From Desulfatiglandales bacterium (lineage in GTDB: Bacteria > Desulfobacterota > DSM-4660 > Desulfatiglandales > HGW-15): a DNA stretch of 64,000 bases. Every line of letters begins with the position of its first letter. The stretch's first letter is position 1. The translations under genes and the position numbers were made by a program. Below are positions 29,215 to 39,539 of this stretch, one piece after another. Location of the stretch: positions 2,528,001-2,592,000 of the forward strand of contig CAXXJJ010000004.1 of assembly GCA_963667015.2 (NCBI GenBank), written 5' to 3'. Below the pieces are notes generated by a model. That model had not been told where the DNA came from, made no database searches, and worked only from the letters and a program-made list of their open reading frames with translations.

Positions 29215-29571
29215 TCAGTTTTTCCTGAGATAATATCCAATGAACCACTGGTTAACCCATTTTCCATCTATTTTTCGATAATTATTTACTATCTCTTTCT
29301 CCATTAATTCACTGCCGGTTAATTCAGCGTCAATTTCATTTTCTTCATGATAAGTATATATTATGCCATCATTCTTATCTTTAAATGTATCCTTTTCTAT
29401 TTCAATTCCCGATCCATATCCACAGTCTTTCTTATGTAATAAATTGAAGTAGATGATACCGCCTGGCTCCACAACTCTTGTCATTTCATTTATACTTTTA
29501 AAAATATCCACGAATTCCATTACCAGGCTTTCCTTGCCACTTTTCAGAAAATCAGTATTCGCTTCACACAT
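29215..29571 (-). pseudogene. Chimeric CooT N-terminus / methyltransferase C-terminus (deletion derivative)
   Basis: First ~23 aa match CooT (28742-28930); remainder closely matches C-terminal half of 28088-28717. Confidence 0.85.
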
Positions 29572-29986
29572 TTTTTAAAATCTTTTTAATAAGATCCACT
29601 GTTTTTTCAACCATGTGCGGTAATGGTTCTTTTATAACACCTATTATTTCAACGGATTCCTGTGTAAAGGGCAGTAATATTTTACAGGCACTGCTCGACA
29701 TAACAGCCTCGGCAATTTCAGTAGTTACCTCTCCCATCATGGCATTGGGCCAGGTTATCCCCACAGGCCCTGTTATGATGTCAGCATATTTCACCATCCT
29801 GCATATTGAATTTTCACCGGTCGCAGCCTGGTTAGCCCCTGCCTTCAGCATGGCAGCACTGGCAGTATCGTTTGTACCCAGAGCAACCAATGTCACGGTT
29901 TCGCCGAGAACATTTCTTATATATTTAATGACAGTGGCGCCGATTCCGCCTCCCTGTCCATCAATAACACATATTTTTTTAGACAT
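29564..29986 (-). CDS. DUF3842 family protein
   Basis: ICVIDGQGGGIG, ALGTN..A...MLKAGA...ATGEN, NAMMGEVT. Confidence 0.88.
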   Translation of the reverse strand: MSKKICVIDGQGGGIGATVIKYIRNVLGETVTLVALGTNDTASAAMLKAGANQAATGENSICRMVKYADIITGPVGITWPNAMMGEVTTEIAEAVMSSSACKILLPFTQESVEIIGVIKEPLPHMVEKTVDLIKKILKNV

Positions 29987-29987
29987 T

Positions 29988-30812
29988 TCATCTATCTTTC
30001 GTGTGCCAGATAATTGCATTTACTCTCTCGCCGCCCTCCATGGAAAACCTCCCTGATGGCAATTTAGTGAGTTTATTTTCAAGATATCTTTGCAGCCTAT
30101 CCAGTTTACCCGGCATAGCGCCTATTCGCTCGGCCCAAATACTTACTGCATGATTCATATCATCATATAATATTTCACTTCTTGATTTTGTAATATGGAC
30201 ATTAGCGTAAATACCCATAAGGAAAAGGATATTATACAGGTGCCTGTAATCAGGACCGGAGGATGGCGGATCAATACCCATCAACTCTGCGGCCTCACGG
30301 TATGTTTCTCCATAACCGTTTATTCCATGAGTAAGCACAAGCAGTCTTTCAGCCTTTTCGATCATCTTTTTTAATGCCTTTTCTATCTCATAGAAAACAT
30401 AAAGGCAGCCGGCGGCAAAGACAACATCATGCGCTTCTGTTTCGACCTCCTCCCACTTTGCCTGTATTATCTCCACATTTTTAATATGTTCCCGGTCAAG
30501 GTTATTTTTCAGGACCCTGATCATTGAAGGAGAAGGCTCTACGACTGTCACTTTCTTTACTTTTTTAGCTATATATTTAGTAAAAATACCTGTGCCGGCA
30601 CCTATCTCAAGTACAGTCATGTCTCTATCGAAAAGATCGTTCACCAACCCGAGTTCTGCTTCAGGCCCTTTTCCCCCTGTTCTTCTCTGATCATAATTCT
30701 CCGCATATCTTGACCAGTATGACTCTTCCTGATCATACATCACAGCCTTATATAAAAATGATGTATCCTGTAGCCTTTTCCATTCCTCAATAGGGTTCAT
30801 ATTATCTTTCAT
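29988..30812 (-). CDS. Class I SAM-dependent methyltransferase
   Basis: VLEIGAGTG, VEPSPSM, LYNILFLMGIYANV. Confidence 0.9.
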   Translation of the reverse strand: MKDNMNPIEEWKRLQDTSFLYKAVMYDQEESYWSRYAENYDQRRTGGKGPEAELGLVNDLFDRDMTVLEIGAGTGIFTKYIAKKVKKVTVVEPSPSMIRVLKNNLDREHIKNVEIIQAKWEEVETEAHDVVFAAGCLYVFYEIEKALKKMIEKAERLLVLTHGINGYGETYREAAELMGIDPPSSGPDYRHLYNILFLMGIYANVHITKSRSEILYDDMNHAVSIWAERIGAMPGKLDRLQRYLENKLTKLPSGRFSMEGGERVNAIIWHTKDR

Positions 30813-30820
30813 TTTAATCG

Positions 30821-31627
30821 CTATGCCGGAATTTCAAAACAGTAGGATGCCCAGTAGCTTTCCCAGTCTCTCTCGTCATCCGGCGTGCATGGATAGATGT
30901 TAACAATTCTGATAAGCCAGATACCCGGAGTAGATAAAGGAAAACTTACAATCCCATGCTCATTTGTTTTTTCGGTATACTTCAATAACTCTCCATCACC
31001 CAGATTGTATGCTGTCAGATGTCTGTTTTTTAACGGTTTATTTTCAAAAATGACTTTTGCTTCAAGATTTTCTCCCTTTTTTAGATCAAAGGGATTACTT
31101 AGCAGGACAATCTCCAGTTTCTGGCCTGTCACCTGATTATATAACCTGTTTTCATCATTATCTTCAACACTTACAAGGGCCTTCATGCACCTTGCATATC
31201 GTTCTTTCTGTTTATAATCAGGTGTAGATTTTTCCAGTAATGAAATGTAGTCTGTATTATTTTCATGCCCGAGATAGGAAGTAAACTGTTCCTTTGTGAG
31301 TTCAATATCAGTAAAATCCTTGTCCACTGCTATGAGTCCCTGTCCTATAAAGTCGGTTTTATATTGTAACAGAGGCATACCTTCTTCTGAAAGAGGCAAA
31401 AGATCTGTTCTGCCTGAAGATGAAAAAATATCCATTCTGGTTATAGCCTTTTTTTCAAAGGGCAGTTCCTTCTGTGACTTATTGCGATGACCTGTAAAAA
31501 GACGTGCAAAAATAAGGGCTTCCAGGCCCAGCCTGAAGTTGTCCGGCTGGACCCAGCAGTCATGGGCAGAAGCGGTTGATGTAAATCCTAAGACCATTAT
31601 TAATGTAAAGAATAATATATTGAGCAT
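30821..31627 (-). CDS. DUF4198 domain periplasmic protein (Ni/Co uptake associated)
   Basis: Signal peptide ending ASA/HDCW, GQKLEIV...NP, TNEHG.VSF....GIWLI. Confidence 0.8.
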   Translation of the reverse strand: MLNILFFTLIMVLGFTSTASAHDCWVQPDNFRLGLEALIFARLFTGHRNKSQKELPFEKKAITRMDIFSSSGRTDLLPLSEEGMPLLQYKTDFIGQGLIAVDKDFTDIELTKEQFTSYLGHENNTDYISLLEKSTPDYKQKERYARCMKALVSVEDNDENRLYNQVTGQKLEIVLLSNPFDLKKGENLEAKVIFENKPLKNRHLTAYNLGDGELLKYTEKTNEHGIVSFPLSTPGIWLIRIVNIYPCTPDDERDWESYWASYCFEIPA

Positions 31628-31663
31628 TGTTTTTCTCCTTATATAAGGTTAAATACTGTTAAT

Positions 31664-32434
31664 CTATTTCCGGCTGTAACCTATTGGTATCACACAGGGC
31701 CTGCCTGACTCTTCCCTTACTGCAGCGATAACGCCGTATACCGACAATATGATCTCCTTAGTCACGACCTCTGCCGAACTGCCGGCACTGTAAATGGTGC
31801 CCTCTTTCATCATTATTATCTTATCTGCATATCTGGACGCCAGGTTAAGGTCATGCACCACCATAATTACTGATAATTTTCTCTCAGCTACCAGATCTTT
31901 TAAAAGTTCCATGACCTCAAGCTGGTGCTTTAAATCAAGGTTTGAAGTCGGCTCATCCAGCAATAAAATATCCGGTTCCTGGGCAAGCGCCCTGGATATG
32001 ATTACCTTCTGCTGTTGGCCGCCGCTCAACTGATTAAAATCAGTCAGGGCATATTCATTAAGACCCATAAGATTTAAAATTGATATCACCTTTTCTCTGT
32101 CATGTTCACTGCTGTTCCAGCCGATATGAGGACATCTCCCCATGAGAACCATTTCAAACACTGTAATCGAGAATATGTTATTTATTCTCTGGGGAACATA
32201 GCCTATATGCCTTGCAACACTCCGCATGCTCATCCTGCCAATATCATTTTTCCCAAGCCATATCTCTCCCCTTGGTTTAAGAAGCCGGTTTATACACTTC
32301 AGGAATGTTGATTTTCCAACGCCGTTTGGCCCGCATATCGCTGTGATTTCTCCGGCACACAGTTCCATATTTATGTCCTTCAGTACCGGCCTGCTTGCAT
32401 AATCAAATTCAAGATTATTTATCTTCAATCTCAT
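31664..32434 (-). CDS. ABC ATPase (FecE/BtuD-like)
   Basis: GPNGVGKS, LSGGQQQ, LLLDEPTSNLD, HDLNLA. Confidence 0.95.
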   Translation of the reverse strand: MRLKINNLEFDYASRPVLKDINMELCAGEITAICGPNGVGKSTFLKCINRLLKPRGEIWLGKNDIGRMSMRSVARHIGYVPQRINNIFSITVFEMVLMGRCPHIGWNSSEHDREKVISILNLMGLNEYALTDFNQLSGGQQQKVIISRALAQEPDILLLDEPTSNLDLKHQLEVMELLKDLVAERKLSVIMVVHDLNLASRYADKIIMMKEGTIYSAGSSAEVVTKEIILSVYGVIAAVREESGRPCVIPIGYSRK

Positions 32435-33495
32435 TACCAGTATTCCTTTTTCCGTTTGATGGTAAGATACAAAAACAGGGGTCCGCCCACACATGAAGTA
32501 ATAATGCCTACAGGGATGATAACAGGTGCAATAATAATCCGTGCAAGAGTGTCAGCCATTATCAGAAAAGCTGCACCGAAAAGGCCCGAAGCAGGTATAA
32601 GATATCTGTTGTCCCCGCCTATGATAATCCGGCAGATATGAGGAGATACCAGCCCGATAAAACCGATCATTCCTGTAAAGCAGATGATGGTTGAAGTAAT
32701 AAGAGAAGAGAGGATCATGATAAATATTCTGTTTCTCTCAACATTTATGCCAAGGGATCTTGCAGTATCGTCGCCTATACCCATCACATTCATATCCCAT
32801 GATTTCCAGATAAGTACCGGCATGCATACCATGAGCACAATGAAAGCTGCTGTAATCTCGCTCCATTTTGCCCTTCCAAGGTCTCCCATAAGCCATAAGA
32901 CCATCCCCTTGAGTGCATCAGCTGCTGCAAAATACTGGAGCAGAGAGGTGACCGCGCCGAAAATATAGAGCATACCTATGCCTGCAAGGATCATCATTTC
33001 AGGTGTAGATTTTTTAAATTTTGAAATCAGATATATGACCATTGCCGGAATCATAGAAAAAACAAACGCATTACCTATAAGAAGGTAATTGCCACCTGTG
33101 ATTCCGACTCCTGCAAGTATCGCCAGCGCAGCCCCGAGGCCTGCGGCCGAACTTATTCCTATGGTAGTTGGGCTTGCAAGCGGATTTTTCAGGATCGCCT
33201 GCATTGAAGCGCCTGCTGCACCTAATGCCATACCGGCAATAAGCCCCATCACGATGCGGGGAAGCCTCAACGTCCAGATGATTATATCCTCTGTGCCTCC
33301 TGAGGAGGTACCGGAAGCGACCTTTGAAACGATTATTGTGAAGACCTTCAGGGCAGAGAGGGAAAAGGAACCGATTGACAGAGAAATCAATGAAATTACA
33401 ATAATGAGAATGATACATACCAGAATAAAGGCAGTCTTTAGCCTGATGAATTTCTGATAATTCTCATTTAATTTTTTATTTTCAGTCTTTATCAT
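32434..33495 (-). CDS. FecCD/BtuC family permease
   Basis: LRLPR, NPLASP..IGISSAA, IGFIGLVSPH. Confidence 0.95.
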   Translation of the reverse strand: MIKTENKKLNENYQKFIRLKTAFILVCIILIIVISLISLSIGSFSLSALKVFTIIVSKVASGTSSGGTEDIIIWTLRLPRIVMGLIAGMALGAAGASMQAILKNPLASPTTIGISSAAGLGAALAILAGVGITGGNYLLIGNAFVFSMIPAMVIYLISKFKKSTPEMMILAGIGMLYIFGAVTSLLQYFAAADALKGMVLWLMGDLGRAKWSEITAAFIVLMVCMPVLIWKSWDMNVMGIGDDTARSLGINVERNRIFIMILSSLITSTIICFTGMIGFIGLVSPHICRIIIGGDNRYLIPASGLFGAAFLIMADTLARIIIAPVIIPVGIITSCVGGPLFLYLTIKRKKEYW

Positions 33496-34711
33496 CACCA
33501 GACCTTTGAATATGCCTGTCAGGAATTCCCATGAGATTGTTGCCATCTGTTATGGGAGGGTACAGAAACATGCCATGCAGGTTCAGATCATATTTTAATC
33601 CCTGCATATCCAGATATTGCTGATGAATAGCTTCGGGATTAATATCAGTAAACAACTCCGGATGAAAAATCTTTGCCATGTAGGCTGCGGCAACTATACC
33701 GCCGCTCGCATCATTTCGAAAATGCCCGTCAAACACATATACATGTTTATTCTTTACTGCTTTTAGTCCGGCAAGTTCGGGACGTGAGAGTATATGTCCC
33801 AATGCCTTAGCAATAGATGACGGATCATCCGTCTCATAGCCGCAGATGTCGACAATATCCACAGCATGCATTATTATGATTTCAGGATCTTCTTTCATGA
33901 TCCATTCGAGATCCACTTTTACTCCGACGCCCCCCTGGCTGTATTCTGGAAGAGACTCTGAAATTTGTCTTCCACCTGCAAGATTCAGGGCCTGGGAAAG
34001 GGTGTCTTTTTTCATGTATGCGCTGAAGCTGATTGTATCGAGGTCAGTATGCGGATATGATGTTATCAAAACGGAAGGTTTTTCATTCTCAGGTATTTGA
34101 GCAATCCTTGTTTTTATCATATCGACAATATTAAGGTACCATCCGATAAAATTTTCAGACCTTTCATCTGCATCAAGAATCTTTCCAAGGCTCCTCACAC
34201 CTCTTATAAAAGCGGATGCATGAGGATTACTGAGATCAGGATAATAAAGCCCTAAAAAAAGGACATTTACACCCGGCAGTTTATCCCTCTTTTCAGAGGT
34301 GTCTGCACCAAATGTGAGAACCAGATCGGGCGTTAATCCAAGTACTGCTTCATAATCGAATTTCCAGAACAAACCTACTGTCGGTTTTTTTCTTATCTCA
34401 GGGAACTGCATCGTGCATTCTTTAAAAATATAATCATAGCCAGCAATACCAACTATCCTGTCTTCCCTGCCCAGTATTCTTACAAGTTCAGCATTATCAA
34501 TATATTCCACGATAATGCGATTAACAGGCTTTTTAATCTCACGGAGTTCTCCGTTGCCATCTATTACCTGAATAGTGTCAGGATTTGCGTCCCCTGATTT
34601 TCTTCCCCGCCCGGCTGTTCCGGGGAAATTATCCTCCCCGGAACATGAAAGGAGGCCAGCCAATATAATAAATAAAACTCCTGTCTTTATTATGCCATTA
34701 AAGTAAGCCAA
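33482..34711 (-). CDS. Periplasmic binding lipoprotein (iron-siderophore/cobalamin type)
   Basis: Lipobox LLSC; KPVNRII, PDLVL, LAGG, LKAVKNKHVY. Confidence 0.88.
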   Translation of the reverse strand: MAYFNGIIKTGVLFIILAGLLSCSGEDNFPGTAGRGRKSGDANPDTIQVIDGNGELREIKKPVNRIIVEYIDNAELVRILGREDRIVGIAGYDYIFKECTMQFPEIRKKPTVGLFWKFDYEAVLGLTPDLVLTFGADTSEKRDKLPGVNVLFLGLYYPDLSNPHASAFIRGVRSLGKILDADERSENFIGWYLNIVDMIKTRIAQIPENEKPSVLITSYPHTDLDTISFSAYMKKDTLSQALNLAGGRQISESLPEYSQGGVGVKVDLEWIMKEDPEIIIMHAVDIVDICGYETDDPSSIAKALGHILSRPELAGLKAVKNKHVYVFDGHFRNDASGGIVAAAYMAKIFHPELFTDINPEAIHQQYLDMQGLKYDLNLHGMFLYPPITDGNNLMGIPDRHIQRSGDDKD

Positions 34712-34725
34712 TATGCCTGTTTCCT

Positions 34726-36708
34726 TTAGAATGTATATTTATATCCAACGACCAGATTCCGTGGTAATCCGTCATAATTATAGAGATAGGACAACCCATC
34801 GGCGTTTGTTGCCCTGTACCAGCGTGATTCATACTCTTCATCAAACAGGTTTTCCACCTTTGCAAATATCCTGTGCTCGTTCTCCTTTCCAAAGGTCTTG
34901 AAGAATGAGATATCGATCAGGTAATAATTACCATATTTGACATCTTCAAAGGTTCCCAGCCCGCGTTCATAAATATCTCCTGTGTACCTGGTCATAATGT
35001 CAAAGCCGTAGCTTTTATTTTCAGGCCTGTAGGCGATATTGAATTTTGCATAGAACTCAGGGTTTAGTTCAAGTTGTTCGCCCGTATCTTTATCCTTTGC
35101 ATCAACCCAGGTGGCGTTAGTATTAAAAGACCACCCTCCAAAAGGACCAATATTCATAGAAATTTCAAAACCGTCGATTTTGGTCTTACCAGCAGTATTC
35201 TCGTATGTTGAGCTGCCATCCGAAAGGGTGACTGTACTGATCATATCTCCTATTTCCCTAAAAAAATAGCCGGCATCAAAGTTGAAGTATTTCCAGTTTC
35301 CTCCAATACCTATCTCACCATTTAAGCTTTCTTCAGGACTAAGGTCAGGGTTCCCAAATCTGTTGCTGAGTGGATTATTTCCATACAACTGCTGCACATT
35401 AGGAAGGGTAAAGGAAGTATTCAAAACACCACGGAAAAAATAATTATTCAATACAGGAGTCTTAAGACTTGCATCCCAGATCAGGATATCTGTGCCTGCG
35501 GTTTTTTCGTACCTGGCCCCAAAAGATGTCCTGCTCTCCGGTAAAAAAGGAATGTAGGGCCTGTAGTTTGCAAAAATACCGACCACGTTTTCAGCCTCAC
35601 CGCGGAAAAATGCCATAGGAAACTCATCTTTACCCCAGTAGTTTTGGAAATCTACACCTACCAGCACCTCATTACCATGACCCCAGTGTGTACTTGTCAT
35701 GATATTGATACCATATTCGTCATATCCCCATGGGGCCGCGTCAGACAAGTATGCACCATCCAGTTTCATAAAGGTTGCTTCAGACCACCATGTATGAAGA
35801 TGTGATTTTATATAATATGAAAATCTGTCAGAGACATCATGGTCCCACTTTAATATGGCGATATATTCCTCCCAGTCACTGAATACAACTTTATATGTGG
35901 GGTAGCCATAATCAAATGAACCGGCCTGCCTCATTACCTGTAACCTCAGATCTGCTTTACCTCTCAGATTTAAATCTTTTCTATATTTTAAACCGATTGT
36001 CTCCCGGTCATAGCTTGTAGGAGACCTATTATTATCATTAAGGGCGTTTATATAAGACTGATTATCACATGGAATATATCCATCCCAACCTTCAGTACTT
36101 CCAAAGACCATAAATCCATTGCCGTCTGATGTTCCTGTGATATGTCCGAAGGTCTCCATATAACCATTGCTTCCATAGGATGCACCGGCCTCGCCACTCT
36201 TCTTATCAGTTACTCCCTTGGTAATTATATTAACAACACCTGCAGTAGCTTCTGTTCCGTAATAAAGGCTCTCACCTGCTTTCAATACTTCGACCCTTTC
36301 AATATGATGAATACTTATCGTATTTAGATAACCCCCACCATAGAGCCTGTTATTCATCCTCACTCCGTCAAGTAACCAAAGGATCTCGTCGCTTCCGTGA
36401 AGGCTTGGTGAACTGTAGCTTCCTCTCCCTGCACGTGCCACTGAAAAATAGCCAGGAATAAGCGCCTCAAGGGCGGTCTGGAGTTCCACAAAACCTGTAT
36501 TTTTAAGCTCTTCGCTGGATATGATTACAACAGGATGGCCAAACTCCATCATTTCAACAGAAAGCCTGTCTTCAATGGGAACTGCGTGAACAACAATCTC
36601 TTCAAGCTCAACCTCATCTCGCTCATCACATAACAGTGATGCAGAGGGAAACAAAAAACATATAAAGATCGAGAGTAAAAGGTTTTTACATAAAAACTTA
36701 CCTACCAT
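34726..36708 (-). CDS. TonB-dependent receptor
   Basis: LEEIVV TonB box, IERVEVLK...SLYYG, GNPDLSPE, ENLFDEEY, C-terminal F. Confidence 0.95.
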   Translation of the reverse strand: MVGKFLCKNLLLSIFICFLFPSASLLCDERDEVELEEIVVHAVPIEDRLSVEMMEFGHPVVIISSEELKNTGFVELQTALEALIPGYFSVARAGRGSYSSPSLHGSDEILWLLDGVRMNNRLYGGGYLNTISIHHIERVEVLKAGESLYYGTEATAGVVNIITKGVTDKKSGEAGASYGSNGYMETFGHITGTSDGNGFMVFGSTEGWDGYIPCDNQSYINALNDNNRSPTSYDRETIGLKYRKDLNLRGKADLRLQVMRQAGSFDYGYPTYKVVFSDWEEYIAILKWDHDVSDRFSYYIKSHLHTWWSEATFMKLDGAYLSDAAPWGYDEYGINIMTSTHWGHGNEVLVGVDFQNYWGKDEFPMAFFRGEAENVVGIFANYRPYIPFLPESRTSFGARYEKTAGTDILIWDASLKTPVLNNYFFRGVLNTSFTLPNVQQLYGNNPLSNRFGNPDLSPEESLNGEIGIGGNWKYFNFDAGYFFREIGDMISTVTLSDGSSTYENTAGKTKIDGFEISMNIGPFGGWSFNTNATWVDAKDKDTGEQLELNPEFYAKFNIAYRPENKSYGFDIMTRYTGDIYERGLGTFEDVKYGNYYLIDISFFKTFGKENEHRIFAKVENLFDEEYESRWYRATNADGLSYLYNYDGLPRNLVVGYKYTF

Positions 36709-36941
36709 ATTCTTTCCTCCATCATTTCTCGTGATTTCCTTTTTAATTGATATGATAAGGAAATCATTATCAGATTAGTAATATCCCGGGAAATTTGAGG
36801 GAGGTTGGCCGCAGGTTCTGTCTGATTGACAAGTTACTTTTTTGACGTTAATGTACCCGGCTATGAGACCCTCACCCCGAGGGGCTTATATACCGGGCAG
36901 CCGGTAATTCTTTCCAGGGAACCCGGCTGCCCTTTTTCCAT

Positions 36942-37129
36942 AAAAAAAGCCACGAAAAATCTAATCCCATTATGGAATATGAACCTTCGTGGCTTTTATA
37001 ATTCAGTTTATATTCAGTTAACCACACTTATGGTGGTGTGCTGCATTATGATCCGGTCTTTCTCTAAAAACCTTATGCAGCTTCTGCTGCAATGTTCTTG
37101 GTATTAGTATGACCATAAAATTAAGTCAA
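36942..37129 (-). promoter_or_regulatory. Dual-hairpin attenuator leader, copy 5
   Basis: TTGACT-N17-TAATAC; P1 TGCAGC-AGAA-GCTGCA (37091-37076); P2 AGCC-ACGAA-GGTT (36994-36982); terminator ends ttcgtggc-T7. Confidence 0.85.
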
Positions 37130-37163
37130 GATTTTTTTCTAAATGATCTCCCTCTAAATCAGA

Positions 37164-37766
37164 TCATGAAAGGCACCCTTTACATATCATCTTTCCTCCT
37201 GCATTCTCCAGCTTCGTTTTCATAACAGGCTCTCCGCATATCCCACAGGGGACAGAGGGTTCTATTCTGGCCTTTTGAGGCAGCTGCGTGGTTGTCTCTT
37301 CAATAGTAAAGAGTTCCGTTGCAGGTGTCTCTAGGATAATTTTACTTCGCATCAGATGCATTTCCTGAAACCTCTTTTGCTCTTCATCGGTCAGGTCACC
37401 GGAAATCATTTTTTTTATAAGGGCCATATGCTCCTCATCCGGACGACCCACATTTCCTTTCATTGACACCCTTACACCCTTTCCGGTATTTCGGCTGAGT
37501 AAAGTCAAAACCTGTTTACCATAGTCCCTGAAGATAAAATTACCCTTTCCAAATGTGCAGCCTGTCAGGACCTGAACCGCATCAGCAGAACAGGCATCCG
37601 TTTCTACAATAGCAACTATCTCTTCATCTACAGACCGGTTTTCCTTTAACCACTCCATGGCAGCCTCTGCGGCTTTATACCCTGTGGAAAGACCGGGGCA
37701 GATATGGCCGTGAAAGTCTGCACATTTTTTAAATTTTTCACCTTCTATTATTTGTTCAGCGCTCAT
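37164..37766 (-). CDS. FmdE family protein with C-terminal zinc finger
   Basis: FHGHICPGL, DACSADAVQVLTGCTFGKGN, CGICGE...CKGC. Confidence 0.92.
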   Translation of the reverse strand: MSAEQIIEGEKFKKCADFHGHICPGLSTGYKAAEAAMEWLKENRSVDEEIVAIVETDACSADAVQVLTGCTFGKGNFIFRDYGKQVLTLLSRNTGKGVRVSMKGNVGRPDEEHMALIKKMISGDLTDEEQKRFQEMHLMRSKIILETPATELFTIEETTTQLPQKARIEPSVPCGICGEPVMKTKLENAGGKMICKGCLS

Positions 37767-37781
37767 AATTATTCTCCTCTA

Positions 37782-38387
37782 TCACTCATATTTTTTTTGT
37801 AGCGGATCTTTTCCATTGGTAAACATAGACCCGAATGGTTCAAATACCCCGATATCAGATACTGTACAGAAATGCATGCCCTTTTTGCTGCCGCTCATCA
37901 TCAAAGGACGTGCTTTATTAATATCAAGATCACCTTCCGGTGTGAGGGCTTCATCTGCAACTTCCAGGCGAAGCACCTTGCCCATTATAAGAATATAATC
38001 TGTTTCCACGTATTCTTTAAAAAGTTTACATTCCATCCATGCATAACTCCCGGCAATACCAGGCGCACGGATCAGCTCGGATGGTTTCTCTTCCAGACCT
38101 GCCAGAATAAACTCATCGGTTTCCGGCGGTGAAAACTTTGCAGTATCAATTACCTTGCCTGTAAATTCTGCCCCGACCATATTTACCACAAATTCATCGG
38201 TATCCCTGATATTGACCAGAGTATCTCTTTTTTGTGCAGAGGCAAGGCATATCAGGTCCAGCGGTCTCAACACCGGCATGATGCATGAATATGGAGCAAT
38301 ATTACGAATGCCTGCGCTGCTGACAGTAGAGATAAAGGCAACTGGAAGCGGCATAAATCCTTCACGCATAAAAGGTTTAAAAATCAT
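37782..38387 (-). CDS. Flavin reductase-like protein
   Basis: PVAFIST, NIAPYS, DTLVNI..T.EFVVN, AWMECKL. Confidence 0.88.
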   Translation of the reverse strand: MIFKPFMREGFMPLPVAFISTVSSAGIRNIAPYSCIMPVLRPLDLICLASAQKRDTLVNIRDTDEFVVNMVGAEFTGKVIDTAKFSPPETDEFILAGLEEKPSELIRAPGIAGSYAWMECKLFKEYVETDYILIMGKVLRLEVADEALTPEGDLDINKARPLMMSGSKKGMHFCTVSDIGVFEPFGSMFTNGKDPLQKKYE

Positions 38388-38397
38388 ATTATCTCCT

Positions 38398-39504
38398 TTA
38401 CTTATATCCGATTGCGTTCGATATTTTCTCCATGGGGTCTACTCCCGGCCTGGCCCACTCTTCAGGCGTTACATCTTCCGGAAGTTCAAATGATTTAATG
38501 ACCTTTACAAAATCTTCCGGCTTATCAAGATAATCCAGGTACCAGAGCGCATCACGCACCTTATCAATAAGACCATTCCCTGTTGAAGGTAACTTTGTAT
38601 CAGCCCACACAAAGGAGAGGGCTATCCCCTCCCATTGATTACTTTTTTTGTTATGTCTGTATGCAATGGTGCTGACATCTTTGAATTCGGATTTTCGGGC
38701 TGCAATATCTGAATCCGACGGATGATATAAACTGTAGCTTTTTTTACCGGCGGTAACATTAAGCATAACCTGCAATGCATCTTCCTTGCACCATGGTGTA
38801 ACAGATTGAATAAAGTATCCCTTGTCATCCGGTGGAAAGTTCTTCTTTAGGTAGTTTGCCATAAGAATGCCGGAGTTCACACCCGGGCAGTAGTGATCGT
38901 GAAACTCAAATGATCTGACAACATATGAGGGAGCACCTTCTGATATTGCGTTGGCAATTGTGAGAATTCTAAACTCGTTACCGCCGAATATCTTCTTATC
39001 AAATTTATCATTATATTCCTTTGCATGATCGTAAAGGTAATCTGCATCTATCCTTTCCACTGATATGTTGATGAAAAAATCTTCAGCGGCAGTATCATGC
39101 ACTTTATTATTTATCTCAAGATATGTACAATAACCTGATCCCTTATCAAAAACAGCAAACCAGAGTGGAGTCCACGGATCAGAGTGAATCTCTACAAGAG
39201 TATTTCTCCCCCTGCCGGCCGCGGTGACAGAAACCAGTCCGTCAAGGGCACCCTGTGTAGCATCTCCTCCCGGCTCTGAATAACCTGCATTGGTTAAAAC
39301 AATAAGGTTTTCTTTTTCCGGTTTTGAAGCTGTCTTGCTAATTAATGCAATGGCTTTTTCTGCGGCCATTTTACCGGTTGCAGCCCATTTATCATATTGA
39401 GGGGAGTTTTCGGCCCCCAAGCATATACCATACATGGCAAAGATAAAAGTCACGATGGTGATAATTAAAATTGTATTTTTCATTGGTGTAAGCATATTCC
39501 GCAT
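38398..39504 (-). CDS. Exported FmdE-like protein
   Basis: N-terminal hydrophobic signal; FHDHYCPGVNSG and WCKEDALQV motifs. Confidence 0.75.
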   Translation of the reverse strand: MRNMLTPMKNTILIITIVTFIFAMYGICLGAENSPQYDKWAATGKMAAEKAIALISKTASKPEKENLIVLTNAGYSEPGGDATQGALDGLVSVTAAGRGRNTLVEIHSDPWTPLWFAVFDKGSGYCTYLEINNKVHDTAAEDFFINISVERIDADYLYDHAKEYNDKFDKKIFGGNEFRILTIANAISEGAPSYVVRSFEFHDHYCPGVNSGILMANYLKKNFPPDDKGYFIQSVTPWCKEDALQVMLNVTAGKKSYSLYHPSDSDIAARKSEFKDVSTIAYRHNKKSNQWEGIALSFVWADTKLPSTGNGLIDKVRDALWYLDYLDKPEDFVKVIKSFELPEDVTPEEWARPGVDPMEKISNAIGYK

Positions 39505-39539
39505 TTTATATTCAACCTCCTGTGTGAGAACTTTAAAAT

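Noticed and set aside
36720..37130. Cobalamin riboswitch upstream of the Btu-like TonB/ABC operons (also checked 45710-46160 and 16400-16630)
   Set aside because: No B12-box or GGGAA...GCCACTG core found on the coding strand by eye.
37107..37131. NikR operator (GTATGA half-site) at the leader 5 promoter
   Set aside because: The second half-site does not match at the expected spacing, and no equivalent is present at the other promoters.
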